From IMG/VR virus record IMGVR_UViG_2579778784_000009: a stretch of DNA of 17,637 bases; one strand, 5' to 3'. A program made the translations under genes and the position numbers. The notes under the pieces were generated by a model. It saw only the letters and a program-made list of their open reading frames with translations. It was not told the DNA's origin and made no database searches. Positions 8,453 through 17,637 of the stretch are shown here, one piece after another. The stretch's first letter is position 1. The number at the start of each line of letters is the position of its first letter. The stretch is from a virus. Its lineage: Duplodnaviria > Heunggongvirae > Uroviricota > Caudoviricetes.

Positions 8453-9382
8453 ATGGCAAACACTGCTGAGATATTCAATTTTCCAGTGCCGGATGTGGCA
8501 CAAAAGGAGCCGCGCGTGGCAGATCTCGATGATGGTTATACGCGCATTGCAAATGAGTTGCTGGAAGCTGTGATGCTGGCCGGATTAACACAGCACCAGC
8601 TTCTGGTCTTCCTGGCTGTCATGCGCAAAACATATGGCTTTAATAAAAAACTGGATTGGGTGAGCAACGAGCAACTTTCCGAGTTGACCGGGATATTGCC
8701 GCACAAGTGTTCTGCTGCAAAAAGTGTTCTGGTAAAGCGTGGGATTTTTATTCAGAGCGGGCGGAATATCGGCATTAATAATGTGGTCAGTGAATGGTCA
8801 ACATTACCCGAATCAGGTAAGAAAAATAAAGTTTACCTGAAAGAGGTAAATTTACCTGAATCAGGTAAGAAAAGTTTACCCAAATCAGGTAAAGACGTTT
8901 ACCCGAATCAGGTAAACACAAAAGACAAACTAACAAAAGACAATATAAAACCTTTTTCGTCCGAGAATTCTGGCGAATCCTCTGACCAGCCAGAAAACGA
9001 TCTTCCTGTGGTGAAACCGGATGCTGCAATTCAGAGCGGCAGCAAGTGGGGGACAGCAGAAGACCTGACCGCCGCAGAGTGGATGTTTGACATGGTGAAG
9101 ACCATCGCGCCATCAGCCAGAAAACCGAATTTTGCAGGGTGGGCCAACGACATCCGCCTGATGCGTGAGCGTGACGGGCGTAACCATCGCGACATGTGCG
9201 TTCTGTTCCGCTGGGCCTGCCAGGACAACTTCTGGTCCGGTAACGTGCTGAGTCCAGCAAAACTCCGCGACAAGTGGACTCAGCTCGAAATTAACCGCAA
9301 CAAGCAACAGGCTGGTGTGACTGCCAGCAAACCAAAACTCGACCTGACAAACACTGACTGGATTTACGGGGTGGAGCTATGA
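8453..9382 (+). CDS. O: Replication initiator O
   Basis: From ATG 8453 (GGGAGG RBS): MANTAEIFNFPV...ADLDDGYTRIANELLEA parallels the lambda O N-terminus. Contains the iteron array. Stop overlaps the P start (ATGA). Confidence 0.9.
   Translation: MANTAEIFNFPVPDVAQKEPRVADLDDGYTRIANELLEAVMLAGLTQHQLLVFLAVMRKTYGFNKKLDWVSNEQLSELTGILPHKCSAAKSVLVKRGIFIQSGRNIGINNVVSEWSTLPESGKKNKVYLKEVNLPESGKKSLPKSGKDVYPNQVNTKDKLTKDNIKPFSSENSGESSDQPENDLPVVKPDAAIQSGSKWGTAEDLTAAEWMFDMVKTIAPSARKPNFAGWANDIRLMRERDGRNHRDMCVLFRWACQDNFWSGNVLSPAKLRDKWTQLEINRNKQQAGVTASKPKLDLTNTDWIYGVEL
8804..8952 (+). repeat. Replication origin: five palindromic iterons plus an AT-rich tract inside O
   Basis: TTACC(C/T)(G/A)AATCAGGTAA-type 17-mers at 8804, 8833 (degenerate), 8852, 8876 and 8899, followed by an A-rich segment at 8916-8952. 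Confidence 0.8.
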
Positions 9383-10092
9383 AAAATATTGCCGCGCAGA
9401 TGATTAACTTTGACCGTGAGCAGATGCGTCGAATCGCCAACAACATGCCGGAACAATACGACGAAAAGCCGCAGGTGCAGCAGGTGGCGCAGATCATCAA
9501 CGGTGTGTTCAGCCAGCTGCTTGCGACATTTCCGGCAAGCCTCGCGAACCGCGACCAGAACGAGCTGAACGAAATCCGCCGTCAGTGGGTTATGGCTTTC
9601 CGTGAAAATGGAATTACCACTATGGAGCAGGTTAACGCCGGAATGCGCGTGGCCCGCCGACAGGAGCGACCATTCCTGCCGTCGCCCGGCCAGTTCGTAG
9701 CGTGGTGTAAGCAGAGTGGCGGGGCGTTAGGTATCACTGTTGACCAAGTCATAACCGAATACTGGGATTGGCGTAATCGTTCCTTCGAATTCACTTCCAG
9801 CGAGCATTTCCCGTGGTCACAGCCTGTCATGTACCACATCTGCGTCGAACTGCGCCACCGCAGCACAGAGCGCCAGTTAACGCATGGTGAGCTGGCGCGT
9901 GAAGCCGGCGATCTGCTGGACATGTGGGAGAGGCGCGTCACCGAGGGCAAACCAGTACCGCCTGTGCGCCGGGCGATTGCAGCACCGGCTGCCGAGCATG
10001 GCCCGACGCCAATCCAGCTGCTTCAGGCGAAGTACAACCGCAACAAGTCGAACGGGATGGTGCGAAGTGGTAAAGAAGATAATAAAGAATAA
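9379..10092 (+). CDS. P: Replication protein P (helicase loader) with divergent C-terminal half
   Basis: The first ~110 aa (MKNIAAQMINFDREQMRRIANNMPEQYDEKPQVQQVAQIING...) are near-identical to lambda P by recall; the C-terminal half differs. Confidence 0.85.
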   Translation: MKNIAAQMINFDREQMRRIANNMPEQYDEKPQVQQVAQIINGVFSQLLATFPASLANRDQNELNEIRRQWVMAFRENGITTMEQVNAGMRVARRQERPFLPSPGQFVAWCKQSGGALGITVDQVITEYWDWRNRSFEFTSSEHFPWSQPVMYHICVELRHRSTERQLTHGELAREAGDLLDMWERRVTEGKPVPPVRRAIAAPAAEHGPTPIQLLQAKYNRNKSNGMVRSGKEDNKE

Positions 10093-10170
10093 TATTTAGG
10101 GTTATAGGTCTTAGCCCATTTTAAATGGAAGGCAGACATGCAGCCATGCATACTTCGCATGGCAACATAA

Positions 10171-10599
10171 TTATTTAGACAAACTATCTAATTTTTGCGT
10201 CGCTTTTTGTGTTAGGTCGCTGTAACTGATAAACCCTACGTTAGCACCTACAATTAACACTAAGAACACTAAGCTGCATATGGATAGAGTGGCAGATTTA
10301 TGCTTATGGAAAACAAAATATGCTACTATTGCACTTAATATGAAGGAAATGAATAGAAATATAGATGTTGATGTTTTTAGATATTTTTCAGGAAATAATG
10401 GGTGAGCAATAATGTATACAAGATTAAGTAGTATATAAATTGCTACCGGAATGAAAATCATGCTCCAGTGTGTATCTTTTTTGGGAGGGATTGGCTGCAA
10501 ATAATCAGACACCGTTTTTCCATCAGTTTCAAGAAGAATTACTAGATCTCTTACTTCACCACTGACTTGAGTGCCATCCTTAGTAGTAATGTTAATCAT
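10171..10599 (-). CDS. Small membrane protein (142 aa from ATG 10599), three predicted TM helices
   Basis: GGAGGG RBS 5 nt upstream of the ATG. Hydrophobic segments IFIPVAIYILLNLVYIIA, IFLFISFILSAIVAYFVF and LSICSLVFLVLIVGANVGFI. Very AT-rich. ATGA overlap with the upstream gene. Confidence 0.6.
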   Translation of the reverse strand: MINITTKDGTQVSGEVRDLVILLETDGKTVSDYLQPIPPKKDTHWSMIFIPVAIYILLNLVYIIAHPLFPEKYLKTSTSIFLFISFILSAIVAYFVFHKHKSATLSICSLVFLVLIVGANVGFISYSDLTQKATQKLDSLSK

Positions 10600-10973
10600 T
10601 TTTTCCCTCCAAATACGATTCCCTCTACGTCTTTGGAAGCTTTTTGTGATGACCACTCCTCTGAATCAGGTGATTTAATTAAAAATATTGTATCTCCATC
10701 AAAAATCGTATTTGTTCCGTAAAAATTTACATTTGATAGATCACCACCAAAAACCCTCTGCCCACTCGAGGTAATTGCCTCACCTAATTTAGTAAAATTA
10801 CCTGCAATAGATGATTTTCTTTTTCCACTTCTATTCAAAGTGGCTTTAATTACACCACCACCATCCTTAGAGTTAAATAATTGAATGTCCACTCCAGCAG
10901 TTGGTTGTATATATTTTGAAAGCTCTTTCTTGAACTTGTTAATATATTTATCTTTGTTTTCTTTGTTGGTCAT
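10596..10973 (-). CDS. Hypothetical Lys/Gly-rich soluble protein (125 aa)
   Basis: ATG at 10973. Translationally coupled to the membrane protein gene. AT-rich, antisense to the early-right operon. Confidence 0.6.
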   Translation of the reverse strand: MTNKENKDKYINKFKKELSKYIQPTAGVDIQLFNSKDGGGVIKATLNRSGKRKSSIAGNFTKLGEAITSSGQRVFGGDLSNVNFYGTNTIFDGDTIFLIKSPDSEEWSSQKASKDVEGIVFGGKK

Positions 10974-11240
10974 TGGTTAGATCCATAGTTCTGGCTGTGA
11001 TTAGGTGAAAGTATACAAGGTTTTTAAAGCGAAGATCACTGTTTTGGCTTCAAGATAGTTTTGATTTATCGTAATCAATCCGCCATAATCCTCTCATCGG
11101 AGCCTGAACAACTCCGGTGACTTCTGCGCATTTAAGGGGACTTAAATGCGACCACAATCTGAACTCATCACCTTGTCACAGATGCAGAAATGCACCTGCG
11201 ATGTCTTGCATCCAGCGTTTGATCTCTGCGGAGGTGAAGC

Positions 11241-11696
11241 GTGAACCTCCCACAAGATGGCATCAAATTACATCGCGGTAACTTCACCGCTGTCGGTCAG
11301 CAGATCCAGACTTATCTGGAAGACGGCAAATGCTTTCGCATGGTGCTTAAACCGTGGCGCGAGAGACGCAGTCTTTCCCAGAATGCACTCAGCCACATGT
11401 GGTACAGCGAAATCAGTGAATACCTCATCAGCAGGGGTAAAACGTTCGCCACTCCAGCTTGGGTAAAAGATGCTCTCAAACACACATATCTCGGTTATGA
11501 AACCAAAGACCTGGTTGATGTCGTAACCGGTGATATCACCACTATCCAGTCGTTACGCCATACCTCCGATCTTGATACCGGAGAGATGTATGTCTTCCTG
11601 TGTAAGGTTGAAGCCTGGGCGGTGAATATTGGCTGCCACCTGACTATTCCGCAGAGCTGCGAGTTCCAGCTGCTCCGCGACAAGCAGGAGGCGTAA
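11241..11696 (+). CDS. ninB: NinB-family recombination protein
   Basis: 151 aa from GTG 11241 with [25 protein letters not shown] resembles the NinB core motif. Confidence 0.7.
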   Translation: MNLPQDGIKLHRGNFTAVGQQIQTYLEDGKCFRMVLKPWRERRSLSQNALSHMWYSEISEYLISRGKTFATPAWVKDALKHTYLGYETKDLVDVVTGDITTIQSLRHTSDLDTGEMYVFLCKVEAWAVNIGCHLTIPQSCEFQLLRDKQEA

Positions 11697-11866
11697 TGGC
11701 TACACCGCTTATTCGTGTCATGAACGGACACATCTACAGAGTATCAAATCGTCGTAAGCGTAAGCCTGAGCTGAAGCCATCCGAAATACCAACACTGCTC
11801 GGATATACCGCCAGCCTGGTTGATAAAAAATGGTTGCGACTGGCAGCAAGGAGGAGTCATGGCTGA
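11696..11866 (+). CDS. ninE: NinE-like small basic protein (56 aa)
   Basis: Sub-threshold ORF not in the track. ATG overlaps the ninB stop (TAATG). Basic, with KKWLRLAARR near the C-terminus. Sits at the DLP12 ninE position. Confidence 0.4.
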   Translation: MATPLIRVMNGHIYRVSNRRKRKPELKPSEIPTLLGYTASLVDKKWLRLAARRSHG

Positions 11867-12149
11867 TTTGAGAAAAGCAGCGCGTGGTCGGGAATGCCAG
11901 GTAAGAATCCCTGGCGTATGTAATGGCAACCCTGAAACGTCTGTACTGGCACATATCCGGCTGACTGGATTGTGCGGCACCGGTACCAAACCGCCAGACC
12001 TGATTGCCACCATTGCATGTTCTGCCTGCCACGACGAAATCGACCGCCGCACACATTTTGTCGATGCTGCATATGCAAAAGAATGCGCGCTGGAAGGTAT
12101 GGCGAGAACACAGGTTATGTGGCTGAAAGAGGGGGTTATTAAGGCGTGA
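11859..12149 (+). CDS. ybcO: YbcO-like (DUF1364) putative nuclease
   Basis: 96 aa from ATG 11859 with [44 protein letters not shown]... recalled as DLP12 YbcO. Confidence 0.7.
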   Translation: MADLRKAARGRECQVRIPGVCNGNPETSVLAHIRLTGLCGTGTKPPDLIATIACSACHDEIDRRTHFVDAAYAKECALEGMARTQVMWLKEGVIKA

Positions 12150-12508
12150 ATACCTACAGCATCACATTACCCTGGCCTCCGAGCAATAATCGCTATTACC
12201 GCCATAATCGCGGGCGCACGCACGTCAGCGCAGAGGGGCAGGCATACCGCGATAACGTCGCCCGAATCATTAAAAACGCAATGCTGGATATCGGCCTGGC
12301 TATGCCTGTGAAAATCCGCATTGAGTGCCACATGCCGGATCGCCGTCGCCGTGACCTGGATAATCTGCAAAAAGCCGCTTTTGACGCACTCACTAAAGCA
12401 GGTTTCTGGCTGGATGATGCTCAGGTCGTTGATTACCGCGTTGTGAAGATGCCTGTTACCAAAGGTGGGAGGCTGGAACTGACCATCACCGAAATGGGGA
12501 ATGAATGA
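12146..12508 (+). CDS. rusA: Holliday-junction resolvase RusA
   Basis: 120 aa; [37 protein letters not shown]... matches E. coli RusA by recall. Confidence 0.9.
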   Translation: MNTYSITLPWPPSNNRYYRHNRGRTHVSAEGQAYRDNVARIIKNAMLDIGLAMPVKIRIECHMPDRRRRDLDNLQKAAFDALTKAGFWLDDAQVVDYRVVKMPVTKGGRLELTITEMGNE

Positions 12509-12645
12509 TGTTTGAGTTTAATATGGCAGAACTTCTTCGCCACCGCTGGGGGCGTCTGCGCTTATATCGTTTCCCCGGTTCTGTTTTGACCGATTACCGA
12601 ATACTGAAGAATTACGCCAAAACCCTGACAGGAACAGGAGTATGA
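12505..12645 (+). CDS. ylcG: YlcG-like small protein (46 aa)
   Basis: Sub-threshold ORF, ATG overlapping the rusA stop (ATGATG). Sits at the DLP12 ylcG position between rusA and Q. Confidence 0.45.
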   Translation: MMFEFNMAELLRHRWGRLRLYRFPGSVLTDYRILKNYAKTLTGTGV

Positions 12646-12730
12646 AGTCAGAGATAACAATCAACTAATACTGTTTTGTTGATTTTTGCTTGTAATTGGC
12701 GTTCTGGTCTGATTTTTGTGGAGTAAGTTG

Positions 12731-13114
12731 ATGCGTGATATTCAGATGGTTCTTGAGCGTTGGGGTGCGTGGGCGGCTAATAATCATGAAGATGTGACCT
12801 GGTCGTCCATTGCCGCCGGTTTTAAGGGATTAATTCCTTCAAAAGTAAAATCTCGCCCGCAATGTTGTGACGATGACGCGATGATCATTTGCGGGTGCAT
12901 GGCCCGTCTGAAAAAGAACAACAGCGATTTACACGATTTATTAGTAGATTATTATGTATGTGGTATGACATTCATGTCACTGGCAAGTAAGCATTGCTGC
13001 TCGGATGGTTATATCGGGAAAAGGTTACAGAAGGCTGAGGGCATAATTGAAGGGATGTTAATGGCATTAGATATCCGGTTAGATATGGATATCGTTGCTA
13101 ATAATTCTAATTGA
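12731..13114 (+). CDS. Q: Late-gene antiterminator Q (QuuD / phage 82-21 type)
   Basis: From ATG 12731 with [41 protein letters not shown]... recalled as DLP12 QuuD. Confidence 0.85.
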   Translation: MRDIQMVLERWGAWAANNHEDVTWSSIAAGFKGLIPSKVKSRPQCCDDDAMIICGCMARLKKNNSDLHDLLVDYYVCGMTFMSLASKHCCSDGYIGKRLQKAEGIIEGMLMALDIRLDMDIVANNSN

Positions 13115-13251
13115 TATGCAATTGTTTACTAAAAGTTATTAAAAATGGGGCGTGGAAACGCCCCCAAAATAAAGGGTAATATATAACAGAAGGTTTATAT
13201 AGTAAGAAGCAAGGTAGTGCTTCTAAAGGAAGTGGCTTGAGGGCTCCACTT

Positions 13252-13291
13252 ATATGTTGCGGAGGCAAAGCCTCCCGCAACATATCTTTTT
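13252..13291 (+). terminator. Intrinsic terminator downstream of Q (tR'-like)
   Basis: Long hairpin ATATGTTGCGGAGG-CAAAG-CCTCCCGCAACATAT followed by CTTTTTC. Preceded by two smaller hairpins at 13148-13165 and 13207-13224. Confidence 0.6.
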
Positions 13292-13302
13292 CGTAAGTCA
13301 GA

Positions 13303-14385
13303 TTAGAACTGATAAACCAGACCTACAGCGACGATGTCGTCGGTATCAATACCAGCTGTTTTGGTAAACTTACTATCGTCAATTAAGTTGATTTTGTAAT
13401 CAACAAAAGTGGACATGTTTTTATTAAAGTAGTAAGTAGCACCGACATCGACATACTTGACTAAGTCTCGGTCACCATGAACACCAAGGTCTTTACCTTT
13501 TGACTGAAGGTAAGCAACAGATGGACGCAGACCGAAGTCAAACTGATATTGTGCTACTGCTTCAAAGTTTTGTGCTTTGTTTGCAATATGGTTATTACCA
13601 AAAACGGTCATATTCTGAGTTTCAGAATATGTGGTAGCCAGATAGATATTGTTCGCATCATATTTCAGGCCTGCAGCCCATACTTCCGCATTTTTGCCGG
13701 AGGCATTGAATTTGCTCTTACCATAGGCGACCTGACCGTCAGTGCGATCTGATTTAGCATAGGTTGCACCCACGCCGAATCCTTCATACTCATAAGTAGT
13801 GGAGAAACCGAAACCATCACCATTGGCTTCAGTTACGTCAGTGCGGTCATTTTTACCCTGATACTGAGCAGCAAAGTTCAGGCCATCGACCAGACCAAAG
13901 AAGTCGTTGTTACGATAAGTTGCAACACCAGTAGTGCGACCAGTCATGAACACATCTGTTTGGGTCCAGGTATCACCACCGAATTCTGGCAGAACGTCAG
14001 TCCACGCACCGATGTCGTATGCTACACCGTAGTTACGGCCGTAATCGATTGAGCCGTAATCACCAAATTTCAGGCCTGCAAATGCAAGACGGGTTTTGTC
14101 TTTGGAAGAACCTTGAGATTCAGCACGGTTGCCTTTGAATTCATATTCCCACTGACCGAAACCAGTCAGTTGATCGTTGATTTGGGTTTCACCTTTGAAG
14201 CCAAGACGGGCATAAGTAGTATCACCATCATCTGCATCATTAGAGGAGAAGTAGTGCTTGGCATTAACTTTCCCGTATAGATCCAGCTTGTTACTGTCTT
14301 TATTATAAATTTCAGCTGCCTGAGCAGACATCGCCATCAGTACTGATGCAGCTACAGCAGAAATTGCCACTGTTAATTTTTTCAT
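13303..14385 (-). CDS. nmpC: OmpC-family porin, NmpC/Lc type (phage-borne)
   Basis: Signal peptide [23 protein letters not shown], then [16 protein letters not shown]...VGLVYQF, a classic general porin. The track ORF has a spurious 20-aa N-terminal extension. Confidence 0.9.
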   Translation of the reverse strand: MKKLTVAISAVAASVLMAMSAQAAEIYNKDSNKLDLYGKVNAKHYFSSNDADDGDTTYARLGFKGETQINDQLTGFGQWEYEFKGNRAESQGSSKDKTRLAFAGLKFGDYGSIDYGRNYGVAYDIGAWTDVLPEFGGDTWTQTDVFMTGRTTGVATYRNNDFFGLVDGLNFAAQYQGKNDRTDVTEANGDGFGFSTTYEYEGFGVGATYAKSDRTDGQVAYGKSKFNASGKNAEVWAAGLKYDANNIYLATTYSETQNMTVFGNNHIANKAQNFEAVAQYQFDFGLRPSVAYLQSKGKDLGVHGDRDLVKYVDVGATYYFNKNMSTFVDYKINLIDDSKFTKTAGIDTDDIVAVGLVYQF

Positions 14386-14811
14386 TGTACGCCCTTTTTT
14401 TGAACTATTATTAAAAAATGATGTCACTGCGCGATAAATATTCATCTAATCAATGTGATTATTTCAAGATGTAAGTTTTAGTTTCTCATTTAATTTGTGA
14501 AGTAGATCTCTATTTTTATCGGAACCTTTTCTATCTAATCCTATTCATGGCTCTTGTCTGAACAAAAATAAATCTATTAGCTAATTTATATTAATGGCAC
14601 TTATTTATAAGTGCTCTATAATTCTTTAGCTTAATTTAAACAAACTAAAAATAACATCGGAAATTATTAACTGGTTATTTGTTGAAGTTTTCTTATGCAT
14701 TTGTGGTGGTGTTTTGAACACTCGGTGGCATTCTCACAAATATCATTTAGTAGTTTACGTACGTAAAAAATTGGTTATGCTGTTAAGAGTGGTTACTTCG
14801 TCACACAGCTT

Positions 14812-14845
14812 AAACCCGCCGTCGAGCGGGTTTTTCCATTTTTTG
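14812..14845 (+). terminator. Intrinsic terminator upstream of the lysis genes
   Basis: AAACCCGC-CGTCGA-GCGGGTTT hairpin followed by TTTTTCCATTTTTTG, about 130 bp before the holin start. Confidence 0.6.
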
Positions 14846-14973
14846 AGTCTCGATATTAGCTGATAACCCAATACCTGAGTTATTCACTGACTCCGAATCT
14901 GTTACGTTTCTGCCTTTATTGCGATACGTAGTATCCCCTTAATTTACACCCGCTTTGTCTGCGAGGTGGGGTT

Positions 14974-15188
14974 ATGAAATCCATGGATAAGTTAACAACG
15001 GGTGTCGCCTATGGTACCTCAGCAGGTAGTGCCGGGTACTGGTTTTTACAGTTGCTCGATAAAGTCACGCCCTCACAGTGGGCGGCAATAGGTGTGCTGG
15101 GTAGCCTGGTATTTGGCCTGCTGACGTACCTGACAAACCTTTATTTCAAGATTAAAGAAGATAAGCGCAAGGCTGCGAGAGGTGAATA

Positions 15189-15189
<1 letters not shown>
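14974..15189 (+). CDS. S: Class II holin/antiholin, phage 21 S type (dual-start)
   Basis: 71 aa, MKSMDK dual-start motif, GAGGTGGGG RBS. Matches S21 by recall. Stop overlaps the endolysin ATG. Confidence 0.9.

Positions 15190-17637
<2,448 letters not shown>

Noticed and set aside
8804-8915. Possible CRISPR-like array from the spaced 17-bp repeats
   Set aside because: The repeats are palindromic, irregularly spaced (19-29 bp), lie inside the O gene and are followed by an AT-rich tract. This is an iteron origin, not a repeat-spacer array.
8787-9500. Antisense ORFs inside O and P (8787..9260, 9031..9273, 9113..9307, 9291..9500, 9582..9950, 9884..10099)
   Set aside because: They lie inside or antisense to well-supported O and P coding sequence, have no RBS-supported starts, and their composition mirrors the opposite-strand genes. 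Treated as spurious frames.
10141-10161. Hairpin GCCATGC-ATACTTC-GCATGGC between convergent P and the membrane-protein gene, as a bidirectional terminator
   Set aside because: Short stem and no clear U-tract on either strand. It may contribute to termination, but it is too weak to call.
11146-11244. 32-aa ORF ([32 protein letters not shown]) just upstream of and overlapping the ninB start
   Set aside because: Too short, no clear RBS, no recognisable family. Could be a real small protein at the ren/ninA position, but the evidence is insufficient.
14386-14445. N-terminal 20-aa extension of the porin ORF in the track ([20 protein letters not shown])
   Set aside because: The canonical signal peptide begins at the internal ATG ([11 protein letters not shown]...), and the extension lacks an RBS. 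Start set to 14385.
14446-14973. About 530-bp ORF-free AT-rich region, considered as a possible tRNA or small-RNA locus
   Set aside because: No GC-rich acceptor or T-arm-like segments by eye. More simply explained as the porin promoter region plus the terminator at 14812-14845.

Overview
This window is a nearly complete early-to-lysis segment of a lambdoid prophage from an enterobacterial host. All homology statements are from reading the translations and recall, not from searches. Left to right: int and xis (minus strand); small delayed-early genes; a lambda-type Red block (exo, bet, gam); OL/pL; an immunity region with an S24-peptidase CI repressor, a Cro-like protein and a YdaT-like protein; replication genes O (with an internal iteron origin) and P; a DLP12-like nin region (ninB, ninE-like, ybcO-like, rusA, ylcG-like, Q); an NmpC/Lc-type porin gene in reverse orientation; and a phage-21-type lysis cassette (dual-start holin, SAR endolysin). 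The endolysin is interrupted by an IS21-family (IS100-like) element whose istB carries an internal 191-bp tandem duplication. The two best candidates for an undescribed system are both AT-rich passenger modules. One is a two-gene operon directly downstream of cI in the rexAB position (an ASCH-domain protein plus a larger protein with GNAT-like features). The other is an antisense pair at the ren position between P and ninB (a soluble protein translationally coupled to a 3-TM membrane protein). Several ORF-track starts use TTG/GTG, so some CDS starts below are adjusted to the nearest ATG with a ribosome-binding site.
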